Positions 9,781 through 19,484 of a stretch of 64,000 bases of DNA are shown here, piece after piece. Location of the stretch: the NCBI GenBank assembly GCA_036504675.1, contig DASXUT010000147.1, forward strand, positions 10,545 to 74,544. The letters are read 5' to 3'. The position numbers and the translations under genes were made by a program. The notes beneath the pieces are model-generated. The model was not told where the DNA came from. It searched no databases and worked only from the letters and a program-made list of their open reading frames with translations. Numbering within the stretch: position 1 is the first letter of the stretch; each line of letters starts with the position of its first letter. The DNA is from Bacillota bacterium (GTDB lineage Bacteria; Bacillota; Sulfobacillia; JAJYWN01; JAJZPE01).

Positions 9781-9816
9781 GCCTGTCTCACCACCTTCGG
9801 GCCGGCTTCACCCCGG

Positions 9817-10608
9817 TCACCGCAGAGCCCCGATGATCCTGAAGAAGCTCGAGTACATCTGACCCAGGGCCGAGTCGAGGGCGAAGACGTAGACCGGGAG
9901 GATCACCGCCAGGAGGGCGGTCCCGATGACCGCCTTGAGGGGCAGCCCGACGACGAAGACGTTGATCTGGGGCACCGTCCGGGCGATGAGACCGAGAGCG
10001 ACGGTGGTCAGGAAGAGCCCGGACAGGACCGGCACGGCCAGCTTCACGGCGATGGCGAACATCTGGGCGAAGAGGTCGACGAGGCCGGAGACGAGGCCCT
10101 GCCCGAGGGCCCCGGCGAAAGGCCCGGCGGCGGCCAGCGGAAGGGCGCGATAGCTCTGGGCGAGGCCCATGAACACCCAGTAGTGACCGTTGACCGTTAG
10201 GAAGAAGAGCAGTCCGAGAAGGTACTGGAAGTTGCCGATGAGCGGCGACTCGATGTTGAGGTGCGGGTCGACCACGTTGACGATGGAGAAGCCCATGTCG
10301 AGGTCGAGGATCTGTCCGGCCACTTGGACCCCCACCAGGACCAGCAGGGAGGCGTACCCGATGGCCAGCCCAATGACCAGTTCGCCGAGGAGGACCACGG
10401 TGTAGCCGGCCAGGTTGTCCGAGCCGACCGCGGTCAGGGGGATCGTCGGCAGGAGGAGCAGGGAGGTCAAGAGGGAGAGGGCGACCCGGACCGACATCGG
10501 GATGAACTTACTGCCCAAGAACGGGGTGACGGCGAAGATGCCGCTCACCCGGGCCAGGATCAGCAGGTAGAGGTCGATCCGGTCGACCAACAGCTGGCCG
10601 AGGTCCAC
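9817..10608 (-). CDS. fliR: flagellar export apparatus protein FliR
   Basis: 263 aa polytopic membrane protein, family match. Confidence 0.9.
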   Translation of the reverse strand: MDLGQLLVDRIDLYLLILARVSGIFAVTPFLGSKFIPMSVRVALSLLTSLLLLPTIPLTAVGSDNLAGYTVVLLGELVIGLAIGYASLLVLVGVQVAGQILDLDMGFSIVNVVDPHLNIESPLIGNFQYLLGLLFFLTVNGHYWVFMGLAQSYRALPLAAAGPFAGALGQGLVSGLVDLFAQMFAIAVKLAVPVLSGLFLTTVALGLIARTVPQINVFVVGLPLKAVIGTALLAVILPVYVFALDSALGQMYSSFFRIIGALR

Positions 10609-10611
10609 GGC

Positions 10612-10881
10612 CTAGCGGATGACCGCCGGGAGGCCCTCGAGCAGCTTGACGGTGAAGTCGGTGAGGACCCTGAGCATCCACGGGCCGAAGACGACCAGGG
10701 ACACGGCCACCGCCGCGATCTTCGGGGCGAAGCTCAGGGTCTGCTCGTTGATCTGGGTGGTCGCCTGAAAGATGCTGACCACCAGGCCGACCAGGAGACC
10801 GATCCCGATGAGTGGGGCGCCGACGAGGAGGGTCGTGGTCATCGCCTGCCGGCCGAGGTCCATGATGAACTGTTCAGTCAT
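10612..10881 (-). CDS. fliQ: flagellar export apparatus protein FliQ
   Basis: 89 aa, 2 TM. Confidence 0.9.
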   Translation of the reverse strand: MTEQFIMDLGRQAMTTTLLVGAPLIGIGLLVGLVVSIFQATTQINEQTLSFAPKIAAVAVSLVVFGPWMLRVLTDFTVKLLEGLPAVIR

Positions 10882-10899
10882 GGGGGCGGTTCACCTCTA

Positions 10900-11721
10900 T
10901 CAGTGGAAACTCAGAATCAGCGATCGGACCACCAGGTGCCACCCGTCGACGAGGACGAAGAGGATGATCTTGAAGGGCAGCGAGATCATCATCGGCGGGA
11001 GCATCAGCATGCCCATGGACATCAGGGTGGAGGCGACGATCATGTCGATGACGATGAACGGGATGAAGATGACGAAGCCCATCTGAAAGGCCGTCTTCAG
11101 CTCGCTGATGGCGAAGGCCGGGATGAGGGCGATGGTCGAGGCATCCTCGGGCCGGTCGGGGGGCTTCTCCCCGGAGAACTCGATGAACATCGCCAGGTCC
11201 TTGGTCCGGGTGTGGTCCAGCATGAACTGGCGGAGCGGGACGAGGGCCTTGTCGAGGGCCTCCTGCTGGCTGATCTGCCCGGCCAGGTAGGGCTGAAGGG
11301 CGGTCTGGTTGATCTGGCCGAAGATGGGGGCCATGATGAAGAAGGTCAGGAAGAGGGCCAGACCCACGAGGACTTGATTAGGCGGCATCTGCTGGGTGGC
11401 CAGGGCGCTGCGGACGAAGGATAGAACGATGACGATCCGGGTGAAGCTGGTCATCAGGATGAGGATCCCGGGGGCCAGTGACAGGATCGTCAGGAGGAGC
11501 AGGATCTGCAGGCTGGTGGCCACCTGGCCGGGGTTCTGGGCCGTCCCCAGGCTGACGTTCAGGCTGGGCAGGCCGGCGCTGCCGGCGGCCGGCGCGGCCA
11601 GGGCCGCTTCGGTCCCGCCGACCAGGTAGACCCCGAGGATGACGAGGGTCGCCAGGCCGAACCAGAAGGGGCGGCTTCTGGCGAAGATGGACTTCCGGCG
11701 GGCGGTCGAGTGCTCGCTCAT
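10900..11721 (-). CDS. fliP: flagellar export apparatus protein FliP
   Basis: 273 aa, signal/TM then conserved FTRIVIVLSFVRSALATQQ(M)PPNQVL block. Confidence 0.9.
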   Translation of the reverse strand: MSEHSTARRKSIFARSRPFWFGLATLVILGVYLVGGTEAALAAPAAGSAGLPSLNVSLGTAQNPGQVATSLQILLLLTILSLAPGILILMTSFTRIVIVLSFVRSALATQQMPPNQVLVGLALFLTFFIMAPIFGQINQTALQPYLAGQISQQEALDKALVPLRQFMLDHTRTKDLAMFIEFSGEKPPDRPEDASTIALIPAFAISELKTAFQMGFVIFIPFIVIDMIVASTLMSMGMLMLPPMMISLPFKIILFVLVDGWHLVVRSLILSFH

Positions 11722-12170
11722 CGGTCTTCGTCGCTCTCCCCACCGGCCTTGCGCGTCCCAAGGGTCCTCAGCCGTTCGATCCGCCGCTGCATCTCCTCGG
11801 CGAAGGTGGCCGCGGCGCCCTGGGGCTTGCGGAAGGCCGTCACGGTCGACTCTTCGACCGGGACCTCCTCGCCCCCCTCGGCCAGGAGGCGGGTCGCCTC
11901 CGGTCCGGTGAAGGTGGTCAGCACGTTCATCTGACCCTCGGACAGCCCCACCAGGAGCACTCGGCCGGCCAGCTCGACCAGGTAGAGCCCGGCCTTCTGG
12001 CCGAGCGGGACGCCCTCGACGACGTGGAGGAACTTCCCGCCGCGGGTCGCCCCCAGCCGCTTGCCGACCAACCGGGAGGTCGCGTAGACCAGCCCGATGA
12101 CCAGGGCGAAGAAAAAGAGGAACTGGATGACCTGCCAGACCAGATTGAGCGAACCAGTTTCGCCGTTCAC
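11718..12170 (-). CDS. fliO: FliO/FliZ-type flagellar biosynthesis protein (single TM)
   Basis: 150 aa, position between fliY and fliP, N-terminal TM helix. Confidence 0.6.
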   Translation of the reverse strand: MNGETGSLNLVWQVIQFLFFFALVIGLVYATSRLVGKRLGATRGGKFLHVVEGVPLGQKAGLYLVELAGRVLLVGLSEGQMNVLTTFTGPEATRLLAEGGEEVPVEESTVTAFRKPQGAAATFAEEMQRRIERLRTLGTRKAGGESDEDR

Positions 12171-13285
12171 CTGAGGTTTTGCACCCTTTCGACCTGGCTG
12201 ATGACGTCGGTGATCCGGATGCCGAAGTTCTCGTTGATGATAACGACCTCGCCCTTGGCGATCAGCCGTCCGTTGACCAGCACGTCGAGGGGCTCTCCGG
12301 CCAACTTCTCGAGCTCGATGACGGCCCCGGTCCCGAGGGCCAGGACCTGCCGGACCTGCATCTTCGTCCGCCCGAGTTCGACCGTGAGGTGGAGGGGGAC
12401 GTCCAGGATCAGGTCCAGGTTCTGCGACTCGGCGTTACGCGCCGAGGGCTTGAGGGCTTCGAACGTCGCCGGCTGGACCTGGACCCGGCTTGCGCCCCCG
12501 ACGACGCGGGTCGTGGCCTTCTGGGCGGAAGCCGGCCGCTGGGCCGGGCCGCCCGGCGCCTTGGCCTTGACCGGCTGGGCCTCGGGAGCCGGCGCGTCGG
12601 CCTCGGCGTCTTCCGAGGTCTCCGCTCCCTGGCGGGCGGTCAGCGACTTGAGCAGGGCCTGGGAGAGCTCGGCCGGGTATAAGTAGCGGACGTCGCCCTC
12701 GACCATGTCCGGCAGGTTGAGCTTGCCGGCGAGGTCGACAAAGACGTGGTCCGGATCGAAGTCGCCGAAATAGGTCACCTCTTCCTGGACCGTGGCCGCC
12801 TTGATGGCTCCGACGGTGAGCTTGAGCTTCTCCCCGAGGGCCTGGCCGAGGGCGTCGGCCGTGGCGTCCAGGCCGTGCTGGCAGGCCTCCTTGAGGGTGC
12901 CCAGCTGGGTTTCGTTGAGGTCGGCCGGAGGGTTGGAGCCGTCGCCGCCGAGGAGGATGTCGCAAAAGACCGTGGCCAGGCCACCGTCCATGGCCATCAG
13001 GGCCTGCCCGGTCACCGCGCCCTCGTAGAGGACGGTCAGGCAGACGGCCCCGGGGGCGATCTTCTTCTCGACGATGCTCCGCCGACTGACGGCGATCTCC
13101 GGCCGCTCGGACTCGATTTCCCGGTTGGTCAGGGCCGCGAAGGCCCCGACGGACGACTCGATGCCGAGGTTGCTCAGCTCGATGAGGGCCTCCTTCTCGG
13201 TGTCCGAGAAGTGCTCGCCGCCGGTGTCCTCAACCGTCTTCAGCAGCGCGTCGATCTCGCCCTGCGACAGGATATCCTTACTCAT
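12167..13285 (-). CDS. fliY: flagellar switch protein FliY (CheC-like domain + FliN C-terminal SpoA domain)
   Basis: 372 aa; C-terminal FliN motif LDVPLHLTVELGRTKMQVRQVLALGTGAVIELEKLAGEPLDVLVNGRLIAKGEVV. Confidence 0.8.
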   Translation of the reverse strand: MSKDILSQGEIDALLKTVEDTGGEHFSDTEKEALIELSNLGIESSVGAFAALTNREIESERPEIAVSRRSIVEKKIAPGAVCLTVLYEGAVTGQALMAMDGGLATVFCDILLGGDGSNPPADLNETQLGTLKEACQHGLDATADALGQALGEKLKLTVGAIKAATVQEEVTYFGDFDPDHVFVDLAGKLNLPDMVEGDVRYLYPAELSQALLKSLTARQGAETSEDAEADAPAPEAQPVKAKAPGGPAQRPASAQKATTRVVGGASRVQVQPATFEALKPSARNAESQNLDLILDVPLHLTVELGRTKMQVRQVLALGTGAVIELEKLAGEPLDVLVNGRLIAKGEVVIINENFGIRITDVISQVERVQNLR

Positions 13286-14267
13286 AGTCGTCCTCCTCGC
13301 CGCCGATCAGGGCGGTCACGCTGAGAGCCATCCGGCGGCCGATCTGCCCGGGCCGTCCCTTGAACTTCATCCGGCTGCCGACATAACCCCGGAGATCGCC
13401 GGTCATCGGGTTGTCGAGCTGGATGACGTCCCCGGGCTGGAGGCCCAGGAGGTCCCGGACGCTGATCATCGTCGAGCCGAGTTCCACACTGACCGGAATC
13501 ATCGCGTCCTCGAGCCGCTTCTTGAGGACCTCCGGGCTGGCCTGGGCCACCTTGCGCTGGCTGGTCGAAAACCAGTGCTGGGCCGACAGCTTCGGGAGGA
13601 CCGGCTCGATGACCAGGAAGGGCAGGCAGAAGTTGATGCTTCCGACGGCCTCGCCCAGCTTGACCGAGAAGGTGATCAGCACGGCCATCTCGGCCGACCC
13701 GACGACCTGGGCGAAGAGTGGGTTCGATTCGATCGTCTCGAGCTTCGGCTTTAACTCGATGATGTTCTTCCAGGCTTCCTTGAGGGTGTCGAGGAACTGG
13801 ACGAAAATCCTCTCCATGACAATGACCTCGATCTCCGTCAGGGCCCGCGGGCTTTCGCTGGTCTGCCCCGCCCCTCCGAAGAGCCGGTCGATCATGGGGA
13901 AGGCGATCGAGTGGCTGATGTCGAGGACCGCGTTGCCCGGCAGGGGGGCCAGGCTGACGATGGCCACGATGGCCGGGTTCTTCAGTGCCCGGACATACTC
14001 GCCGTAGGTCAACTGGTCGACCGAGGCGATGTTGACCTGGACCATCGTCCGGAAGTGGGCCGAGAACGTGGTCGTCAGGAGCCGGGCAAAGTTGTCGTGG
14101 AGCATCTGGAGGGTGCGGATCTGGTCCTTCGAGAACTTGTCCGGCCGCCGGAAGTCGTAAATCCGGACCGGGCGGTCCTCCTTCTTCTTCTCGTCGGGCT
14201 CGACGCCTCCGGTCGATAGGGAGGCGATGAGCGAGTCGATTTCTTTTTGAGTGAGGATTTCCGACAC
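13278..14267 (-). CDS. fliM: flagellar switch protein FliM
   Basis: N-terminal CheY-P binding motif LTQKEIDSL; 329 aa. Confidence 0.9.
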   Translation of the reverse strand: MSEILTQKEIDSLIASLSTGGVEPDEKKKEDRPVRIYDFRRPDKFSKDQIRTLQMLHDNFARLLTTTFSAHFRTMVQVNIASVDQLTYGEYVRALKNPAIVAIVSLAPLPGNAVLDISHSIAFPMIDRLFGGAGQTSESPRALTEIEVIVMERIFVQFLDTLKEAWKNIIELKPKLETIESNPLFAQVVGSAEMAVLITFSVKLGEAVGSINFCLPFLVIEPVLPKLSAQHWFSTSQRKVAQASPEVLKKRLEDAMIPVSVELGSTMISVRDLLGLQPGDVIQLDNPMTGDLRGYVGSRMKFKGRPGQIGRRMALSVTALIGGEEDDYE

Positions 14268-14289
14268 GTTCGTCCCTCCGTCGCCCGGT

Positions 14290-14748
14290 TTACTGGATCA
14301 TGAACTGGAGGAAGTAGACCTTCATCACCTTGCCCTGGGTCAGCAGGGCCTCGACGGCCTTACCGAGGTCGGTGGCCAGGGCGGCCATCCCGGTCTGGCC
14401 CTGCAGGTCGGCGGACGTCTTCGAGCGGAGGACGCCGAGGATGGCGTCGTGCACCGGGACGGCCTTCTTGGTCAGTTCCTGGACCGCCTTGTCCCCGGTG
14501 ACTTCGATCTCCAGGGTCACCTGGACGAGGCGCTTGCCGCTGGGGTCGGCCAGGTTGGTCAGGAACTCGCCGGCGTTGTAGTTCTTGCCTTCCACGGGCT
14601 TTTCGGTGGCCGGCTTATTCCGCCCGAGGAGGATGAAGACCCCTCCCCCGACCACTCCGGCGACGATGACCACCGCCAGGACCAGGGTCACCAGGCTGAT
14701 GGCCCCCTTGTCCAGGCTGATCCAGGGTTTGGTTGGTTGACGACGCAT
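14290..14748 (-). CDS. fliL: flagellar basal-body-associated protein FliL
   Basis: 152 aa, single TM, position after flbD. Confidence 0.8.
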   Translation of the reverse strand: MRRQPTKPWISLDKGAISLVTLVLAVVIVAGVVGGGVFILLGRNKPATEKPVEGKNYNAGEFLTNLADPSGKRLVQVTLEIEVTGDKAVQELTKKAVPVHDAILGVLRSKTSADLQGQTGMAALATDLGKAVEALLTQGKVMKVYFLQFMIQ

Positions 14749-14749
14749 G

Positions 14750-14962
14750 TCACTGGCTCCTCCTCGAGCGAACCGGGCGGGCGGCGTAAGCCTGTCGCCG
14801 GTAGGCGATGATCCGCTTGATCACTTCATCCACGGGCTCGCGGACAACAACCTTCTTCCCGTCGGAGAGGGTGACGATCGTGTCCGGAGTGGCTTCGACG
14901 AACTGGATCAACTCGGCGTTGACGACCAGCTCGCTCCGGTTGAGGCGGGTGACCTTGATCAC
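14750..14962 (-). CDS. flbD: flagellar protein FlbD (about 70 aa; track ORF N-terminal extension judged spurious, GTG start)
   Basis: VIKVTRLNRSELVVNAELIQFVEATPDTIVTLSDGKKVVVREPVDEVIKRIIAYRR is canonical FlbD; GTG at 14962 with AGAGAGGA SD; upstream residues are Pro-rich low complexity. Confidence 0.7.
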   Translation of the reverse strand: MIKVTRLNRSELVVNAELIQFVEATPDTIVTLSDGKKVVVREPVDEVIKRIIAYRRQAYAARPVRSRRSQ

Positions 14963-15181
14963 GGGCTGTTCATCCTCTCTTTCGCCCGTGCCAGGCGGGC
15001 TTGCTAAAGAAGGGGGGTGGGCGGGGGCCGGTGGGCATTTGGTTGGAGGGTTGCCTTTTGGAGGGCTGACCGTCCCCCGCCCCTGATCTCCCAACGGGGC
15101 CCGTAGGGGTTTCCCGGGGAGCAAAGTCTTTCATCCAGGTGGTCACCGTTCACGGATCGGAGCCGGTCTCACCGGCTACCC

Positions 15182-16420
15182 TTACCGCTTCAGGTTGACC
15201 AGTTCCTGGAGCATCTCGTCGGAGGTGGTGATGATCCTCGAGTTGGCCTGGAAGCCGCGTTGGGTCGAGATCATGTTGGTGAACTCCAGGGAGAGGTCGA
15301 CGTTGGCCATCTCGAGGGTGCCGGGGGCGATGGTCCCGCGGCCGCCGGTGCCGGTCTCGCCAATGTCCCGGAGGCCGGAGTTGTTGGACTCCTGGAAGAG
15401 GTTCTCGCCCATCTTCAGGAGGCCACCGGGGTTGGCGAAGGTGGCCACGGCCACCTGGGCGATCTTCTGGGTGACGCCGTTGGAGTAGACGCCGGTGACC
15501 GTGCCGGTCGAGTCGATGGTGAAGGTCATCAGCGAGCCCATCGGGTAGCCGTCGCGGCCGCTGGCGGCGACCGACGACCCGGCGGCGTACTGGGTCAGGC
15601 CATTGAAGTTGAGGTTGACGGTGAAGGGGCTGGTCGCGCCGGCGCTGCCGGTGACCTGCATGGTCGCCGCCCCACCGGCGGTCAGGGCGCCGGTGGCGTT
15701 GAAGGTCAGGTTGCCGGTCTGGACCGGGGCGGCGACGGCGTCGCCGGTGGCCGTCCAGGACCAGGTGTTGGCCGCGGTGTGGGTGAAGGTCATCGTCACC
15801 GAACGCCGGGCGCCGAGGGAGTCGAAGACGTCGATGGAAGTCACGTAGGTGTTATTGGGAGCCGTGGTCGTCAGGCCGGCATCGAGGTTCTTGGCGAAGG
15901 CCACCGCGGTGGTGGTGGAGGCGGCGACGCTCTGACCGACGGGGACCTGGAGGTCCTTGATCGTGTTCGGGTTCTTGGCCGGGAAGACGCCGGCCGAGTT
16001 GGCCAGCCAGCCCTGGACCTTCATGCCGTTGGACGGGTTGATCAGGTAGCCGTTGGCGTCGAGGTCGAAGGCCCCATCTCTGGTGTAGACCAGGTTGCCG
16101 TCGGCGTTGAGGACGAAGAACCCGTTGCCCTGGATGGCGAGGTCGGTCATCTTCCCGGTGGTCTGCAGGTTGCCCTGGATCTGGAGGGTATCGATGCTCG
16201 ACAGGCCCATGCCCAAGCCGACCTGCTGCGGGTTGGTGCCGCCGCGCTGTCCCAGCGGGGACGAGGCGCCGCGGATGGTCTGGTTGAAGATCTCCTGGAA
16301 GTTGACCCGGCCGGCCTTGAAGCCGACGGTGTTGACGTTGGCGATGTTGTTGCCGATGACGTCCATCCTGATCTGGTGGTTACGCAGGCCGGAAACGCCC
16401 GCGTACATCGAACGCATCAT
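15182..16420 (-). CDS. flgE: flagellar hook protein FlgE
   Basis: 412 aa; rod/hook N-terminal ANNIANVNTVGFK and C-terminal QANSRIITTSDEMLQELVNLKR. Confidence 0.9.
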   Translation of the reverse strand: MMRSMYAGVSGLRNHQIRMDVIGNNIANVNTVGFKAGRVNFQEIFNQTIRGASSPLGQRGGTNPQQVGLGMGLSSIDTLQIQGNLQTTGKMTDLAIQGNGFFVLNADGNLVYTRDGAFDLDANGYLINPSNGMKVQGWLANSAGVFPAKNPNTIKDLQVPVGQSVAASTTTAVAFAKNLDAGLTTTAPNNTYVTSIDVFDSLGARRSVTMTFTHTAANTWSWTATGDAVAAPVQTGNLTFNATGALTAGGAATMQVTGSAGATSPFTVNLNFNGLTQYAAGSSVAASGRDGYPMGSLMTFTIDSTGTVTGVYSNGVTQKIAQVAVATFANPGGLLKMGENLFQESNNSGLRDIGETGTGGRGTIAPGTLEMANVDLSLEFTNMISTQRGFQANSRIITTSDEMLQELVNLKR

Positions 16421-16514
16421 GGTCTAGGTGACCTCCTTGTCATGTCCGCCCTCAGTCATTCGGGCGGCTTCGGGCCCCCTCAAAGAGGTCCGGCCCGGCT
16501 TGCTCGTCCTTCCT

Positions 16515-16940
16515 CTAGATGATCACGGCGCTGTCGATGTTGGTGAAGACGTTCTCCTTCATCCGCTCGCCGTCGACGGCGGTGATCACCGTCCGGTTCT
16601 TCACGCTGACCACCAGGGCCAGGTCCTTCATGAGGATCAGCGATTCCCTCGAACCCTTGGCGGCTGCCTTGTCCACCGCCTGGTCCAGCTTGGCCAGGTC
16701 GGCCTCGGTCAGTCGGGTCGTCCGGCCGGCCAACCTCTCCTGGGCGTGGGCCGAGAACTTCAGGCGCTCCTGGTCGAGTTGCTTCTGGAAGATGGTCCGG
16801 AAGTCCGTGGCCGGCCCCGCCGTCCCGGTGCTCCCCGGCGTCCCCCGCGGCCCGTTCCCGGCGCCGCTCGGACGGTTGACCTGTCCCGGTCCCCCGGTCG
16901 GGCCCGGCAGCGGTCCGTAGATCCTGGGGTCCATCGTCAC
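16515..16940 (-). CDS. flagellar operon protein (TIGR02530-like, between flgD and flgE)
   Basis: 141 aa, position and C-terminal conserved block; low-complexity G/P-rich N-terminus. Confidence 0.5.
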   Translation of the reverse strand: MTMDPRIYGPLPGPTGGPGQVNRPSGAGNGPRGTPGSTGTAGPATDFRTIFQKQLDQERLKFSAHAQERLAGRTTRLTEADLAKLDQAVDKAAAKGSRESLILMKDLALVVSVKNRTVITAVDGERMKENVFTNIDSAVII

Positions 16941-17422
16941 TTCCCCCCGCCGGCCGCCGCGGCGCTCTGCCCGCCGTTGACCTTGGTCACGTCGGCGAGG
17001 GCCACTACCTTTGGTTCGGCCTTGTCGTCCGAACCGTCTTCCTTGATGCTCAGGGCGATCTTGCCGCCGTCGCCGAAGCTGATCCCGGTCACCGCGCCGA
17101 TGACGGGCTTTTGTTCGCCGTCCTTACCGGTGACTGACTTGCCGAGGAGGGATAGGGTCAGGAGCTTGCCCATGTCCCCGTTCATGTTCTGCATCTGCTC
17201 GAGGGCCGAGAACTGGGCCATCTGGGCGACGAAGTCGCGGTTTTCCATCGGCTTCATCGGGTCCTGGTACTGTAACTCGGTCACCAGCAGCTTGAGGAAG
17301 CTGTCATTGCCGAGGGTCTTCTGCCCGTCGAAGATCTTGGCCGTGCCCATCGCCGGCGGGGTCTTCTGCCAATCGGTCGCGGTCGACCCGGTCACCCCGG
17401 CCGATCCCTGGGTCGTGCTCAT
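16937..17422 (-). CDS. flgD: flagellar hook capping/assembly protein FlgD
   Basis: 161 aa; DSFLKLLVTELQYQDPMKPMENRDFVAQMAQFSALEQMQNM motif. Confidence 0.85.
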   Translation of the reverse strand: MSTTQGSAGVTGSTATDWQKTPPAMGTAKIFDGQKTLGNDSFLKLLVTELQYQDPMKPMENRDFVAQMAQFSALEQMQNMNGDMGKLLTLSLLGKSVTGKDGEQKPVIGAVTGISFGDGGKIALSIKEDGSDDKAEPKVVALADVTKVNGGQSAAAAGGGK

Positions 17423-17463
17423 TCGCGGTCACCTCCATGAGCTATGGGTCTTCGCCTCTTCGT

Positions 17464-19353
17464 TCAGGCCACGTAGTTCAGAGCGTGGCCGTCGGATCGA
17501 TACTGGCCGGCGGCACCGGCCGGCTGTCCCGCGGCGTAGGCGCCTTCGGCCGTCTTGCTCGGGGTCGCCGCCGGGTACCGGCTCCACTCCGCGTCGCCCC
17601 AGGCCCGCTGGCCCCAGGCGCCCCGCCCCTGCCCGTTCAACTGGGCCGAGAAGGAGTCGTTGCCAAGGCTCACGGCGATCTGGTCGGTCCGCAGTCCCTG
17701 GTCTTCCAGGGCCTGCTTCAGCTGGGGGAGTCCGGCCTCGATGGCCTCCTTGACCCTCTGGCTCTGGGTCACCAGGTGGGCGGTCAGGGCGCCGCGTTCG
17801 AGGGTCACCCGCAGGTTCAATGGTCCGAGGTAATCCGGCTTCAGCTGGATCCGGATCTCGCCGCCCTCCCGGGTCCCTTGCCGGTTGGTCCGGGCGACGA
17901 TCTGTTTGATGATCTCAGCCGGGTCGGGGCGAGCCGTCTCCGCCGTGACCTTGGACGTCCCGCCCTGGACCGTTCGACCGTCGGCGGCGCCGGCCCCCTG
18001 GACCGTCGTTCCGTCCGGCCGTCCCGCCGTAGACTGGCCCTGGGCCAGCCCGCTCGGGGCGTCGGTCCGGTCGGTTTGGACCGTCTGGGCCGTTCCGGCC
18101 TGCCCCTCCTTGGCCCCCTTGCTCGACCCCGCCGGCTGGTCGCCGGCCGCGGTCTGGGCCTTCGAAGGGTCATGGAGGGGGTTCCCCCCCGGGCCGTCCG
18201 CGGCGGCCTTCACTCGCCCGTCGGTCCCTCCGGTTTGGGGTTGGGTCAGGCCCTCCTGGGCGGCGTCGGCCGTCTCGGTCTCCCGGTTCTGGGCCCGGCC
18301 GGCCTTGATCGCCCGTCCGTTCCCTTCCCCGCCGATCATCCCAGCCCCGGCCCCCACCGGTGGTTCCCGCCCCGGTCCACTCGAACCGGTTCGATCCGTT
18401 TGGGCCCCGGCTCCGGCCGCTGGGGTCGATTGGCTCTCGTCGCCCGCCGGTCCGTCGGCCGCTTGACCTATCGGACCTTGGGCTCCTTGCGTCCCACCGG
18501 CGGCGGCGGCCGACCCCTGTATCGGGGCCTCGGTCGTGGCCACCCCACTCGCTCCGGCCGGTTCACCGGCCTTCGCTTCACCTTTCTGCTGGACCACTGC
18601 TCGGACTCCGACTGCTTTCGAGTCGTCTCCCGGCCCGTCGGCGGCGGCCTCCCCGGCCGCTCCGTCGGTACCGGCCTTGGCGCTCCCGCGGGCCCCCTGG
18701 GCCGCGTCCGCGGTCACCTCACCTTGGGCCGAGCGGCCTTCGACGGCCTGGGCCGCTTGGCCCTTCAGGCTCGCCACCAAGGTTTCGAGGTCGGCGGCCG
18801 TGGCGTTCCCGGTCGGCCCGGCCCCCGCCGTTTCGGCGAGGCCCTCGGCCACCTGGGCGGCTTCGGCCGTGAGCCGGTTCGTCTCCGGCCCCTGACCCGC
18901 GTCGCTTGACTCCCGGGGCGTCGCCGGGCTTGGGTCGGACCCCCGCGGGGCGTCGGTAGCTTTCGCCTGGATCGCCGTCGCCGGCTCGTCGCCGGCCGCG
19001 GCCTCCTTCTCTCCGGTCCGTCCCGGTCCCTTTTGGGACTCGGTCGGCCCGCTCTGTCCCGCCAGCCCGGCCGCGGCGTCCCGGAACCCGTCTCGGGTTT
19101 CGCGGGCACCCCCGGTCTCATCGCTGGCGGCGGCCTTCTGACGCCGGCGATCGGGGCCTTCGCTGTCCCTCACCTGCCTCTCACCAGAGCGCCGGCCGGC
19201 GGCCGGCGGCCTCGTCCCGGTGGTCCCGGCCCGCCGCAAGTGCTCGGCGAAGGCCTCTCCCCCGGTGGCTCGGCTGGGGCCGCCGGCTCCGGGAATCCCG
19301 GGCGCCGTCGCCGCTTCACCGGCCCAGAGGGCGGGTATGTTGATCGTCGTCAT
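17464..19353 (-). CDS. fliK: flagellar hook-length control protein FliK (unusually long, 629 aa, A/G/P/T-rich central region)
   Basis: C-terminal FliK domain (EIRIQLKPDYLGPLNLRVTLERGALTAHLVTQSQRVKEAIEAGLPQLKQAL). Confidence 0.7.
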   Translation of the reverse strand: MTTINIPALWAGEAATAPGIPGAGGPSRATGGEAFAEHLRRAGTTGTRPPAAGRRSGERQVRDSEGPDRRRQKAAASDETGGARETRDGFRDAAAGLAGQSGPTESQKGPGRTGEKEAAAGDEPATAIQAKATDAPRGSDPSPATPRESSDAGQGPETNRLTAEAAQVAEGLAETAGAGPTGNATAADLETLVASLKGQAAQAVEGRSAQGEVTADAAQGARGSAKAGTDGAAGEAAADGPGDDSKAVGVRAVVQQKGEAKAGEPAGASGVATTEAPIQGSAAAAGGTQGAQGPIGQAADGPAGDESQSTPAAGAGAQTDRTGSSGPGREPPVGAGAGMIGGEGNGRAIKAGRAQNRETETADAAQEGLTQPQTGGTDGRVKAAADGPGGNPLHDPSKAQTAAGDQPAGSSKGAKEGQAGTAQTVQTDRTDAPSGLAQGQSTAGRPDGTTVQGAGAADGRTVQGGTSKVTAETARPDPAEIIKQIVARTNRQGTREGGEIRIQLKPDYLGPLNLRVTLERGALTAHLVTQSQRVKEAIEAGLPQLKQALEDQGLRTDQIAVSLGNDSFSAQLNGQGRGAWGQRAWGDAEWSRYPAATPSKTAEGAYAAGQPAGAAGQYRSDGHALNYVA

Positions 19354-19484
19354 CCTTCGTGGTCACCTCCTTTCATGGTGCACATAGGTTTCTTCTTTCG
19401 GGGCTTCAGTTGTCAAGGTCCGTCAGGGCTGGGATGTCGGGGCGGGACCTGAGATTCGGGGCGGGGCTATGAGGCCGGCCGGGA

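Noticed and set aside
14963-15124. N-terminal 54-aa extension of the flbD track ORF (MLPGKPLRAPLGDQGRGTVSPPKGNPPTKCPPAP...)
   Set aside because: Pro-rich low complexity; conserved FlbD starts at an internal GTG with good SD
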